63,918 bases of DNA, filler included, from Octopus bimaculoides (GCF_001194135.2; 4 parts of 4 records of this genome joined end to end with filler, not necessarily neighbours in it); one strand, 5' to 3'; numbered from the whole stretch's first letter, positions 37,900 through 50,375 are shown. Notes: a model not told the origin generated them from the sequence alone. A program made the numbers and translations.

Positions 37900-38900
37900 T
37901 GATCGGTAAATCGACAGTTGCATCAGCACCACCTCACTTTCCCGGTAACTACTAAACTTCTTCCTCTCTTTTGTCCAGTCCTTCCATCCTGCCTTTGATT
38001 TCTCCTGCTCTGTCTCAGATACCTCCGTTAACTTCATCATTATTTCCGTCTCCATTGACTATTTCTCCTTTACTATTTTTATCTTCTACAAGCCTACGGA
38101 CTCTCACTTCTACCTCAACTACATTTCTTCCCATCCCACACCCACATCGAACTGTCGATCACCTTCTCACCTGTCGTCGTCGGTTCTGTAGTGACGACCG
38201 TGACTTCGAGACAGTCCCAACGCACGACCCGCCAGTTAACCCACCGAGGATAACTCCCACTTACCTTCGTCGGCGCTCGGTCAGTTGACCATGCATCAGT
38301 TGACCGTCCCGTGCTTACCTGCATCTTCTCTTCTCTCCGGCCATTTCTCCTCAGTACCCTTCTAATGCACTATATTACACGGTTTCTGCACACTTTGATC
38401 ATACCCCACTACCTCCCACATGTTCAGACCCTACGCAACTTAGTGATCCTTTCTCACTTCCGACACTCAACCTGGCTTATTTCCTTGCTTTTGCATATGC
38501 TGCCGCACGTGCCCCTCACTAGTACCAAATATCGCTCCTTCCAAGTCACCGATACCTTCACGTGGACCTCCAGCAATCTCATGTACTACTTCCTCTGCTT
38601 TTCTGTCCCTATATAAAACAAACTGGGTAGCAGTTTTGCCGAACACTGATGGGATATAATTCTAGGGGAATGACAGTTCGGTTTTTCCCACTTTCTCTCT
38701 GGTGGACATTCCCTTCAGTATCTGTCTATGCTCAGACTAGTGTTGCAGAGCTCTCGGCCACCGGACTCCTGGAGACGGAATTAATCTTTTCTCACCTACC
38801 AGTTTTAATTCCCAATCCCTTTTCGTTCAATCTTCTTCACCACTTCACACACTCATACTTTCCTATTCAAAACACTACCCCACACCTACAACATATCTAT
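37900..38900 (+). mobile_element. Decayed Penelope-like element (RT thumb and GIY-YIG relic)
   Basis: FLSFVQSFHPAF, YKPTDSHFYLNYISSHP, RRFCSDDRDFET, QVTDTFTWTSSNLMYY, LETELIF...PFSFN; collinear with the 40960 copy. Confidence 0.8.
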
Positions 38901-39491
38901 TAACAAAAATCTCAACGCCACACACAGTGACACGTTTAAACACTGTACACATACACATAGCTGTCACGTATCCACTTGCGTGTGTATGTGTATATATGTC
39001 AGTAAGAGGAAGAGACATGTACACACACACACACACGCACGCACGCACACGCACTCGCACACACATTCACACATACGCCAGGCTAAAGTTGTGCTTTTGC
39101 CACTACACCTAAAGCGACCACTCAACTACTTCCAGCTTTTCGTCATGCGGTGCAGATTGGATACACGTACATTTCTATTTCTCCAATTTTCCTTTTTTTT
39201 TTTTTTTCTCCATTTGTTAACCTATNNNNNNNNNNNNNNNNNNNNNNNNNNNNNNNNNNNNNNNNNNNNNNNNNNNNNNNNNNNNNNNNNNNNNNNNNNN
39301 NNNNNNNNNNNNNNNNNNNNNNNNNNNNNNNNNNNNNNNNNNNNNNNNNNNNNNNNNNNNNNNNNNNNNNNNNNNNNNNNNNNNNNNNNNNNNNNNNNNN
39401 NNNNNNNNNNNNNNNNNNNNNNNNNNNNNNNNNNNNNNNNNNNNNNNNNNNNNNNNNNNNNNNNNNNNNNNNNNNNNNNNNNNNNNNNNNN

Positions 39492-39575
<84 letters not shown>

Positions 39576-39734
39576 ACACACACACACACACATATATAGT
39601 GTATTTCGGGATGGTCATTTCATTTATTTCTTTTTTTCCCAAATAAACACACGCACTATATACTTATTTTTTCTTCACTCGTTTATTACTGCTCTTATTT
39701 CATTATTTAGACTTATGTCCATTATGACCTCTTA

Positions 39735-39809
39735 TGACCTCTTCAGCGACACTTTTCGTTTCTGTACGTGTTCTTGCTCCAGAAACGAAAAGTGTCGCTG
39801 AAGAGGTCA
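39735..39809. repeat. Perfect 30-bp inverted repeat with 15-nt loop
   Basis: tgacctcttcagcgacacttttcgtttctg (39735-39764) and its exact reverse complement (39780-39809). Confidence 0.95.
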
Positions 39810-39837
39810 GAGATGTGTGACGAAAGATTTCTGGACA
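39792..39837 (+). ncRNA. Minimal type I hammerhead ribozyme, canonical core, weak stems I and III
   Basis: GUGUCG-CUGAAGA-G-GUCA(GAGAUGUG)UGAC-GAAAGAUUUC-UGGACA: core intact, stem III AGAUUU is one base from palindromic AGAUCU, UUC triplet, stem I needs wobbles and a bulge. Confidence 0.6.
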
Positions 39838-39886
39838 ATGGACATAAGTTAAAATAATAAAATAAGAACAGTAATAAACGAGCGAA

Positions 39887-39929
<43 letters not shown>

Positions 39930-40501
39930 ATTACCATCTTGAAATACAACAATATCTGTTTCAACACACGATTTCACATCAGGAATCTTGCAAAACGACT
40001 TTATATGTNNNNNNNNNNNNNNNNNNNNNNNNNNNNNNNNNNNNNNNNNNNNNNNNNNNNNNNNNNNNNNNNNNNNNNNNNNNNNNNNNNNNNNNNNNNN
40101 NNNNNNNNNNNNNNNNNNNNNNNNNNNNNNNNNNNNNNNNNNNNNNNNNNNNNNNNNNNNNNNNNNNNNNNNNNNNNNNNNNNNNNNNNNNNNNNNNNNN
40201 NNNNNNNNNNNNNNNNNNNNNNNNNNNNNNNNNNNNNNNNNNNNNNNNNNNNNNNNNNNNNNNNNNNNNNNNNNNNNNNNNNNNNNNNNNNNNNNNNNNN
40301 NNNNNNNNNNNNNNNNNNNNNNNNNNNNNNNNNNNNNNNNNNNNNNNNNNNNNNNNNNNNNNNNNNNNNNNNNNNNNNNNNNNNNNNNNNNNNNNNNNNN
40401 NNNNNNNNNNNNNNNNNNNNNNNNNNNNNNNNNNNNNNNNNNNNNNNNNNNNNNNNNNNNNNNNNNNNNNNNNNNNNNNNNNNNNNNNNNNNNNNNNNNN
40501 N

Positions 40502-40950
40502 ATATAAGATTCCAGTGTAATCCATGGGTAGGAGAGGTGCAGCTGAAGTGTAGGAGAGTAAAAAGTCCAACTAGGGAATCCAGGTAGAATAGTCCGAAGT
40601 GTAGAAGGTGTAGAAAATCGAAGAAAAGTTCGTTGGGTTAAGAGGTGGAGACAAGATCAAACTGGTGCGACCACGTGATGGGGAGAATTCACAAAAAAAG
40701 ACGAAGACAGGTTGTGTAGACAACAAACAGATGTATTAGTTTAACGCTCAGGAAGTGAAAATGTCTTTTATGTTTCGAGACTACGCTCTTCCACAGACAG
40801 GAACACAGAAAGAAACAGGGAGAGAAAATAAAGAATGTGTAGTGGCTAGCGATCTGTCATAGCGAATGCCGGACAGAGGAGTCACACAGGAGAGCTAGGA
40901 AGAAGGGGAGATAATAAAGTATCGGTGATCCCAAAACGAAGGTGCGTGAG
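40502..40950 (-). mobile_element. Inverted Penelope pLTR (family D) at the 5' side of a PLE
   Basis: 40678-40900 is the reverse complement of 45760-45960 and carries the HHR-variant motif at 40763-40800. It abuts the RT fragment in opposite orientation. Confidence 0.75.
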
Positions 40951-40959
40951 CGTGTGTAT

Positions 40960-42290
40960 AAGAGAGTGGTCATGGGAACGAGAATGGGCCCCAACTATAC
41001 GAACCTGTTCGTTGGCTACGTTGAAGCCCAAATATTCTCAAGTTTCACTGGTCCCACTCCTGAACTATATTGACAACTGTATCGTTATATTGACGACTGT
41101 ATCGGTGCGACCTCACTCTCCCGCGAACATCTAGACTCCTTCCTCTCTTTTGTCAAATCTTTCCATCCTGCCCTTTACTTCTTCTGCACTATCTCTGACA
41201 CTTCTGTCTCCTTTCTTGACATTCATCACTCCACTCTCACCACCTCCATCCACTACAAACACACAGACTAACACTCATACCTCAATTTCTCCTCCTCCCA
41301 CCCTAAACACACCAAGCTCTCCATCCCCTATTCCCAATTCCTCCGTCTGCAGTGACGACCATGACTTTGAGACACAGTCTCAACTCATGGCTCGCCACTT
41401 CATCCTACGTGGATATCCCCTCACCACTATCCACACCGCCCTTGCCAGAGAACTTCTGTGAACCGTGCATCTGCTCCGCCCCCCGCACCCGTCCCACCGT
41501 CTCCCGTCTCCCGTNNNNNNNNNNNNNNNNNNNNNNNNNNNNNNNNNNNNNNNNNNNNNNNNNNNNNNNNNNNNNNNNNNNNNNNNNNNNNNNNNNNNNN
41601 NNNNNNNNNNNNNNNNNNNNNNNNNNNNNNNNNNNNNNNNNNNNNNNNNNNNNNNNNNNNNNNNNNNNNNNNNNNNNNNNNNNNNNNNNNNNNNNNNNNN
41701 NNNNNNNNNNNNNNNNNNNNNNNNNNNNNNNNNNNNNNNNNNNNNNNNNNNNNNNNNNNNNNNNNNNNNNNNNNNNNNNNNNNNNNNNNNNNNNNNNNNN
41801 NNNNNNNNNNNNNNNNNNNNNNNNNNNNNNNNNNNNTTCTCCGAGCCTTCCGGCGACTCCAGTCCGATCCTTCTCCTTCGCACATCTTCCCTAACCGACC
41901 CCTCCCCTCCTTCAAACGAGCCCATAAACGACGAAACCTCTTGGTCCACAGCTTCTTCCCTAACCCAACCTTACAACCCGATTCGTTCCCTGCTCTCGCC
42001 CATGCTTCCGCACTTGCCCTTCCGTCTCCAACACCTCAATTCTTACTGGCACCCATCGTCGACCCTATCATATCACCGACTCCTTCACCTGCACTTCTAG
42101 TAATGTCATCTACTGCATTTCCTGCTCTCTCTGCCCTTCTCTATACATCGGGCAAACGGAACGCCGCTTGGCTGACCGGTTTGCGGAACACCTCCGAGAC
42201 ATCTGACTCGGCAATGACACCCCGGTATCGCAGCATTTCCACTCTACCGGTCACACTTTGCAACACCTGTCTGTGTTCGAATTGTCAACG
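40960..42290 (+). mobile_element. 5'-truncated Penelope-like element (RT + GIY-YIG), defective
   Basis: VVMGTRMGPNYTNLFVGYVE, YIDDC (tandemly duplicated 41066-41104, frameshift), SSSHPKHTKLSIPYSQFLR, Cys linker CSRPCFRTCP, FTCTSSNVIYCISCSLCPSLYIGQTERRLADRFAEH. Confidence 0.95.
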
Positions 42291-42295
42291 GTTTT

Positions 42296-43719
42296 GATTT
42301 TATAAAGCCGACATAAATACTGGTCAACTGTGTCATGTCTTGCTTTATATTCTACAGGTGCTAAGACTCTACACCCTGAGGTTAGGTGGTCTATAGTTTC
42401 AATCTCATTGTTTCAGAATCGGCATTTTGGGTCAGCTCCATTTTTTATCACATTGGCTTGGTAGTTCCGGGTTAATAAGCTTTGGTCTTGAGCAGCTAAT
42501 ATGAAACCTTCACTCTCTGTTTTTAGTCCTGAGCTTCGTAACCATTGATGCGTGTGTTTCTGGTCGACATCAACTTGTTTGCTACATGCCACATACTTGC
42601 CATGCAGAGGTTTCTGTTCCCATCTGCTAGCTAATATTTCATGTGCTTTTGTCTTTGCAATTAATTTTATTTTCTTTCCAGCAGCAGTTGTCGCATTTCC
42701 TTCAACCTGATCAATCTGGTAGGTATCCAAGAGATCAGTAGCGAATTTTTTGCTCTCTTTCAGAATAGACTGAAGTTTTTTTCGGTCTTTCATGTTTTTC
42801 AACAAGTTTTAGCATCCAATCGTTGGTTGTTTCAAGGTATTTGGCCAGTCCGATTGTGGTGGTTTTGTACGTAAGTTCAAGCTGGTTCAAGCCTCGACCT
42901 CCCTGAGCTCTGGGAAGGTAAAGGCGATCCACGTCTGCCTTTCGATGGTGCATCTTATTACAAGTTAATTTTCATTATTTCGCTGGTATTTCAATTAAGC
43001 ACATTGAAGCTATAAAGAACAACTGGGGCTGCTAAGGAATTTATGGCTAACACTTTATTATATGCATTCAGCTCAGACTTCAGAACTGCTCGAACTCTTC
43101 TATAACATTACTTCCTAACCTTGTCTTTCATGCTTGCATGCTGGATACCAGAGCCTTCATTTATTCCTAGGTATTTATAGGTTTGTTCCTGCTCAAGTTC
43201 CTTTATTACTGTTTCGACATCTAATTCGATTGAACTTGAGTTCACCAGTTTCCCTTTCTTAAAAGTGGCTTTGTCACACTTTTCAAGGCCAAACTCCATC
43301 CCGATATCATCACTGAATCCTTTCACAGTGAGTAGTAATCCTTCAAGCTCTTCGTCATCTTTGCCATATAGTTTTAAATCACCATATAAAATAGATGGCT
43401 TATTTTCCTGTTATCAATTTTGTAGCCATACACTGTTCTATTCAGTTCACTTGAGAGTGGTATTAGTGCTATGCAGAAAATTAGTGGTGAAAGTGAGTCA
43501 CCTTGGAAAATGCCACAGTTTATGCTAATGTTGTCTGAGCGCAATACTCCATTAGAATGATATAACTGGAGCTTCGTGTTCCATATTGACATAATATACT
43601 TTAAAAATCTGAAATCACAGGAGAAATTTTGAAAATGTCCAGCGATTTCAGAATCCACGAATGTGGCATGCTGTCAAAGGCTTTTTTTAATCAATCCATG
43701 AAGAGCTGAGATTTCTGCG
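42296..43719 (-). mobile_element. R4/Dong-like non-LTR retrotransposon fragment (RT to zinc knuckle)
   Basis: KKAFDSMPHSW, GIFQGDSLSPLIFCIALIPL, FGLEKC, YKYLG, RLYLPRAQGGRGL, KPLHGKY, ESEGFILAAQDQSL, CRF...ETIDHLTSGC; truncated before the REL domain. Confidence 0.95.
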
Positions 43720-45755
43720 CTTCCAGGATTTTTCAGATGTATATTAGGGCATATCTTTCTTGCCTACGCTCTAAGGAATAGAGTCTTAATCTCTTGAGTC
43801 TCTCCCAGTAGCTTATATGCTGCATAGAGGCTATCTTCGTGTAGCTTCGTTGGAATGCTTCAAGTTCTGAGATTAATTTGACACTGGTTAGTGACCATAT
43901 CTGAGAGCAATAGTCAAAGTGGCTTAGGACAAGAGTCCTTCAGAGGACCGTCATAGTTTCCTGATCTCTTGTTCTAAAAGTTCTAAGAATCCATCCGGTC
44001 AGCCACCTGCATTTCATTGCCAATTTAGCAACCGGTACATGGAAGGATGCATCATTACTCATGTAAATGCCCAGGTCTCGCACTGACCGTGCTTCTGGTA
44101 TTACAATCCCTCCAGGTCCTGTGTATTTAATGAGTATTGCATTTAGTTTTGCATGTTGATAGCACAAGGCTTGAAACTTTTCAGCATTAAACAGTATGCT
44201 ATTCTTTTCAGCCCACTTGTATATTTTATCCAGCTCACATTGCTGGTGCATAGTGTCTTCAGGGTTCTGTATTACCTGTGAGACTTTTGTATCATCTGCA
44301 TAACTTGTGATCGTGGCTCTCTATGTGGCTGAGAGTATATCTGAGGGCCATTATGAACAGTAGTGGTCCCAAAACAGTGCCTTGCGGAACACCGCTCACT
44401 ATCTGCGTGTCATTGGAGGTGGCCCCATTGGCTACTACCACTTGACTTCTATCCTTCAGAAAGTCATGAAGCCATTCACCCAATTTTCCAACTATGCCGA
44501 GATCACGCAGTTTGTGACATATCATTCCATGATCGACTTTATCAAAGGCCTTGAAAAGTCCAGGTATATTACTTCCACATCTGAGTGGTTGAGCAGCTGT
44601 TTCAGCACCCAGTCATAGTACTGTAAGAGCTGAGTTAGGCAGTTTCTTCTTGGTCGGAAACCATGTTGGCTGTCAGGCAGTAAGTCACTTTCTTCAAGGA
44701 AGGCGATTTGTTTTCTTCTGACTATTCGTTCCATGACCATGTTGATGTGCGAGGTCAGAGAGATAGATATGTAGTTCTTGGCCTCTGCTCTGCTACCTCC
44801 TTTATGTATAGGGCATATATTACCCTCCTTCAGTTTTCTTGGAAGTTTGCCAATTGCAAGGAAGCTCTGAAAGAGGGACTGCTAGGACTCGCGTACATGC
44901 TTTTAGAAGGATTGCTGGGAATCCATCGGGGCCAGTAGCTGAGTTTGGGTTCATTTCATCTATAGCTCTTATTACATCGTCTTCCTTCATATTGATGTAA
45001 TCGATCATCACTGCCTTTGTTTTTATATCTGCAGTGGTAAAAACGTCAGTTGGATTTCTGACTTGCAAGTGTCCTAGGGGTGGAGTAAAAGTACTTTAGA
45101 ATTGCTCATTAAGTATTTCATTTATCCTCATTAAGTATTTCATTTATCCTCATTGAAGCTGTTACTTTGGAAAACTTGTAGAAAGCTCTGGGGTTAGATT
45201 TTATATTGTCTATAGTCGAGGCTTCTTTGCTCTTTCTTTTTCATGGGAGCGCTGCAGATTTTTTTTTCAATCTCCAGCAGTTGTATTATCAGGCGGGACT
45301 TTTCACTGCTTTCAATTTGTTTGTTAAGGCGATTTGAAACTTTTGTACGCCGTCTCATAAGAATTTTCCTTTCACTGGGGATTTTGTTCTTGTGTACAGT
45401 GGCCTTTCTCTCCGGAAAACATTTGTAGCATATGGCTTGCATTACAGAAATGAATTATTGAAGTTTCATGTCGATGTCCGGTGAGGAGAGACATTTAGGC
45501 AGGTTTGTTTGAGGATCACTTTCTCAATTTGTTTCCAGTTTGCCTTATGGAAGTTCAAATTGGAAAGATTCTGAGAGTTTCTTGTAGGTTGCATGTCCAT
45601 GGTTTCCATTGGTCCGTACATGGTCAGCTCTACCATGTTGTGATCCGTGAGTAGTGTCGGTGTCACTTTCACATTATGGATGAGATCCATATTATTTGTG
45701 AAGCAGAGATCCAGTATGTTACCTGCCCTGGTTGGTTGGAGAACTATTTGTTCCA
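43720..45755 (-). mobile_element. CR1-type LINE ORF2 relic (APE C-terminus + RT)
   Basis: PTRAGNILDLCFTN...TDHN, TGPDGFPA, QHGFRPRRNCLTQL, IYLDFS, GVPQGTVLGPLLF, YADDTK, RYALIYI; many frameshifts. Confidence 0.95.
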
Positions 45756-45759
45756 TTTA

Positions 45760-45960
45760 CAATGAGGTTCAGGAGGGACTTCACCTGTCCGCCACTACAC
45801 ATTCTTTTTTCTCTCCTTGTTTCTTTCCGTGTTTCTTTCTGTGGAAGAGCGTAGGCTCGAAACGTTAAAGACTTTTTCACTTTCCCAGCGTTATACTAAT
45901 ACATCTGTTTATTGTCTACACCACCTGTCTTCGTCTTTTTTTGTGTGTGAATTCTCCCTA
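45760..45960 (+). mobile_element. Penelope pLTR fragment (family D) with hammerhead-variant motif
   Basis: tcttt-ctgtgga-a-gagc-gtag-gctc-gaaacgtt-aaaga at 45834-45871. Confidence 0.8.
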
Positions 45961-46389
45961 TATATATATATATATNNNNNNNNNNNNNNNNNNNNNNNNN
46001 NNNNNNNNNNNNNNNNNNNNNNNNNNNNNNNNNNNNNNNNNNNNNNNNNNNNNNNNNNNNNNNNNNNNNNNNNNNNNATGTTAGAAAAATGTTATAAAAT
46101 TTTGCGTATAGTAACATTGTTTTTGGAGAAATAACCGGTTTCGTATTTTCTTTTCAAATTTCTCAAATTTCTTTACCTATATTGTGTCATCTCTTCGCTA
46201 TTTTGTGAAGAATGGAGTTCCAGACAGGGGAAGGTAATCAGGGATTTTTTCGGTATCAGGGAGATAATCGAAAATGTTGGGAATGACTAGGTTTTATGAA
46301 TTTAACTTGATTTGGTTTTAAAAGAATAGAATGTTACATGTGGCTAGGTTTTGCTTTATATTTTTCTCAATGAGGTAAGTTTTCTTATT

Positions 46390-47443
46390 TAAAAATGTTA
46401 GAAATGGTTAAGTTTTGGCTTATATTTTTCAATGAAGTAGGTTTCCTTATTTAATCTAACTTGCGTTGGTGTTCCAATGGCACATTGATAAAATGGGAAG
46501 ATTACAAATTGTGGTAGCAGTTGCTTTGCGCGTTTCTCAATATGTTCACTAAAGGCTATCTTTCTGTACTCTGGTAATGCAATCTGCTGTCGGTGGAAAG
46601 TCCATCTGCGTCTGAGCGATAATCTCGTGGATCCTATGTAGTTTTGGTGGCAGCCCGTGCTTCTTATAACATAAATCAGGTTTTCTGAAGCACAAGTAAA
46701 GTCAGATTTGATCTTGAATTTTTTTCCCTCTTTGAAAAGGAATTCTGATCCTTCTAGAAGGTTTGGGCATGTTGCACAATTTGGTCAACCACATTTTTCA
46801 CTTTTGCGTCCGTTATTTTAGAAAATAATTTTGCCTTTGTGGGGATCTTTTTTAGTGATCTGGTTGTTTGTGGCTTTTAACGATCTTATGTGTGTGTAAA
46901 ATTTCCTTTAATTTGGGGTTCTTATGTAGCATTGGTAAATTTGGGGTGATGATGGTAAAGGCGTCTTTGTTTCTGGGGTTGTATGTGGATATGTACGGCA
47001 ATATTTTCGGGGAAGGTGTGTTGCTGTGTTGAACTTTTCTTAGGTTTCTATGTCAATTTGTGTTGCACGTCTGATTCCATCCTTTATGAGTTGAACTGGG
47101 TAGTGTCTGTCAATCAGGGTGTTTTTGAGTTCTTGCAGTCTAAGGTCTCTGGTATTTTTTCTGACACTATTGTGCATATCCTTCTTGCAAGGTTGAAGGG
47201 GATATTTATTTTGGTGTGTCTTGGGTGGCATGAATTAAATAGTAGATATTGTTTGGCGTCTGAGGTTTTGTAAAATATGTCCGTTTCTATTTTTAGGTTT
47301 AATTTTTAAATTAGTATATCCAAGAATGGGAGCTCTTTTTGGTTGTACTCCATTGCGAACTGTATGTTTGGGTTGATGCTGTTCAATAGTCTTTTGAATT
47401 TCAGAAGTGTGTCTGTGTTTTCATTCCAGAGTATGAAACAGTC
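46390..47443 (-). mobile_element. Penelope-like element of a second, A-rich family (RT thumb + GIY-YIG)
   Basis: DCFILWNE...INPNIQFAME...LPFLDI, YLLFNSCHPRHTKINIPFNLARRI, PNCATCP, FTCASENLIYVI...NYIGST; cut by the linker at 47444. Confidence 0.9.
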
Positions 47444-47543
47444 NNNNNNNNNNNNNNNNNNNNNNNNNNNNNNNNNNNNNNNNNNNNTTAATTAATTAAN
47501 NNNNNNNNNNNNNNNNNNNNNNNNNNNNNNNNNNNNNNNNNNN
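47444..47543. other. Artificial scaffold-join linker (44N-TTAATTAATTAA-44N)
   Basis: Same 100-bp layout as 31585. Confidence 0.9.
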
Positions 47544-47608
<65 letters not shown>

Positions 47609-47633
47609 TGTATGTATGTATGTATGTATGTAT

Positions 47634-47945
47634 GGAAGAATACTTGGCCTAGTTAGGGTGTTGTACTCACGATCGCAGTATCGTAGGTTCGATTCCCGCA
47701 GCGGACGGAGTGTTGCGTTCTCGAGCAAAGCACTTCATCTCACCCATGTTGCCCTGTGATCACTTTGACATCTGACATGTCACACCATGCTCTTGTATAC
47801 GTAACGTCAATTTGATGGAGGGACTGAGCTAATGTGGAGCACAAACATTTAATCACTACAAACAAATTATCCGCGCAACTTACTCCGCGAAACATTGCAG
47901 AAACTTTATCTGTCATCAACGACAGGCGGAACCATGAATCCATGT
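47634..47945 (+). mobile_element. Family A tRNA-derived SINE
   Basis: A-box tggcctagttagg, B-box ggttcgattcc (47686-47696), ttctcgagcaaagcactt CORE-like segment. Confidence 0.75.
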
Positions 47946-48135
47946 ACATACATACATACATACATACATACATACACACACATACATACATACATACATA
48001 CATACATACATACATACACACACACACATACATACATACATACATACATACATACATACATACGTACATACATACATACATACATACATACATACATACA
48101 TACATACATACATACATACATGCGTACGTACGTAC
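47944..48135. repeat. (TACA)n microsatellite
   Basis: Direct. Confidence 0.95.
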
Positions 48136-48739
48136 GTATTCACATGGATACATGTGAGTGTGCATGTTGAGTATATTATGTGTGGGCATATGTGTGACTA
48201 CCTCACGCTTAACCTTGGCCGTCACAAATACTTTGGTGTGTAATTCCAAGTTTTGTCTTTCACAATGAAGAATATGTATGAAAGACAAGAGATACCGTCC
48301 AACAAAGCAAACGAATTACTGTATTTGTTGTAGCATCTACTAAACACCTCATTTCTTTAAAAAAAATCTTTTTTTTTTTACTTTATATCCGATAACAAAA
48401 TAGCCAAGATGCTTTTCGTTGTTGCAGAGGTAATTATTTATTGCGCAATATATATATTAGGATGAAGTTGGAAATCTAATTAAAGACAAGATGTATGTAT
48501 AGATTTTTCTCAAAGCTTGTTATCATTACCAATTACAAAATTGAGAGAGGCTAATGGAACAAGTCTTCGAATGTACATTTACATAAATGCATGACTGAAA
48601 GCTGTGTTTTTACAGAATGGAAAACTTGTCATTGTGCCAAGAATTAAAGTGAAGCCTCACACCATTTTACCAGTCTCTGATATGCAAATACAGCTTGCAG
48701 TTCGAGAAGCGCTAGCCATAACAACCATTATCTTTAGGC

Positions 48740-48787
<48 letters not shown>

Positions 48788-48806
48788 NNNNNNNNNNNNN
48801 NNNNNN

Positions 48807-48932
48807 TTCTGTTGAAGAGCGTAGCTCGAAACGTCAAAGACTTTCCGTATTCCCGAGCGTCATACTAATATATACTTTTGTTATTTACACCACCTGTCCT
48901 CGTCTGTTGTTATTATTTGTATATTCTCCCAT
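48807..48932 (+). mobile_element. Family D pLTR fragment with hammerhead-variant motif
   Basis: tt-ctgttga-a-gagc-gta-gctc-gaaacgtc-aaaga at 48807-48840; 5' side is in an N gap. Confidence 0.8.
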
Positions 48933-49555
48933 ATATATATATTTATACATATGTGCGCGCGTGCGCGCGCGCGTGTGTGTGTGTGTAGATAGATTGATAG
49001 ATAGATAGATAGAAAATAGTGTACATTTAAACACAAGAGAAAACTATCTTTAACAGGTAATTTTACACGCTAGAAGAAGCAGTCAAAACCACATTTAAGA
49101 GCAATTTCAAAGGGAATGAAAAATAAAAACTTTTATTTTGTTATTCTTTTACGGTTATATCTAGGTTTCGAATTTTATTTAGCAAATAAAATAATTTGCT
49201 AGGCGAAATTCTCATCAGTAACCGCGCCATAATATTAACATATCATTTAAAGACAAATAACACGTGTCTCATCATTATATGTTATAATTTTTCAAATTCA
49301 CCGCGCAAGCTCAGTTTCAGTCGGCAGTAAATGAAAAATGTCGAACTGATGTTCGAAATGCTAAAATCATATACGTAAAATATATAAGGTAGCGAATACT
49401 TTTAGAAATTTCACTACCAGTGGCCTAGCATGTATAAAACTCAATAGACAACATATTCTCAATATAAAATAGTGTACATTTAAACACAAGAGAAATAAAT
49501 AGAGAAATATATAATAAAAATATTAAAAACTAAAAATAAAAATAAAATAAAATAA

Positions 49556-49594
<39 letters not shown>

Positions 49595-50209
49595 NNNNNN
49601 NNNNNNNNNNNNNNNNNNNNNNNNNNNNNNNNNNNNNNNNNNNNNNNNNNNNNNNNNNNNNNNNNNNNNNNNNNNNNNNNNNNNNNNNNNNNNNNNNNNN
49701 NNNNNNNNNNNNNNNNNNNNNNNNNNNNNNNNNNNNNNNNNNNNNNNNNNNNNNNNNNNNNNNNNNNNNNNNNNNNNNNNNNNNNNNNNNNNNNNNNNNN
49801 NNNNNNNNNNNNNNNNNNNNNNNNNNNNNNNNNNNNNNNNNNNNNNNNNNNNNNNNNNNNNNNNNNNNNNNNNNNNNNNNNNNNNNNNNNNNNNNNNNNN
49901 NNNNNNNNNNNNNNNNNNNNNNNNNNNNNNNNNNNNNNNNNNNNNNNNNNNNNNNNNNNNNNNNNNNNNNNNNNNNNNNNNNNNNNNNNNNNNNNNNNNN
50001 NNNNNNNNNNNNNNNNNNNNNNNNNNNNNNNNNNNNNNNNNNNNNNNNNNNNNNNNNNNNNNNNNNNNNNNNNNNNNNNNNNNNNNNNNNNNNNNNNNNN
50101 NNNNNNNNNNNNNNNNNNNNNNNNNNNNNNNNNNNNNNNNNNNNNNNNNNNNNNNNNNNNNNNNNATATATATATATATATATAAATATATCGTTGACCA
50201 AACACCATT

Positions 50210-50375
50210 CAATTTTTTTTTCTCCTTGTTTTCTCCGTATTCTTTCTGTTGACGAGCGTAGCTCGAAACGTTAAAGACTTTCAGTATTCCCGAGCGTCAA
50301 ACTAATACATCCTTTTGTTGTTTACACCACCTGTCCTCGACTGTTGTTGTCTTTTTTTTCGTACATTCTCCCATA
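50210..50375 (+). mobile_element. Family D pLTR fragment with hammerhead-variant motif
   Basis: tcttt-ctgttga-c-gagc-gta-gctc-gaaacgtt-aaaga at 50241-50277. Confidence 0.8.
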
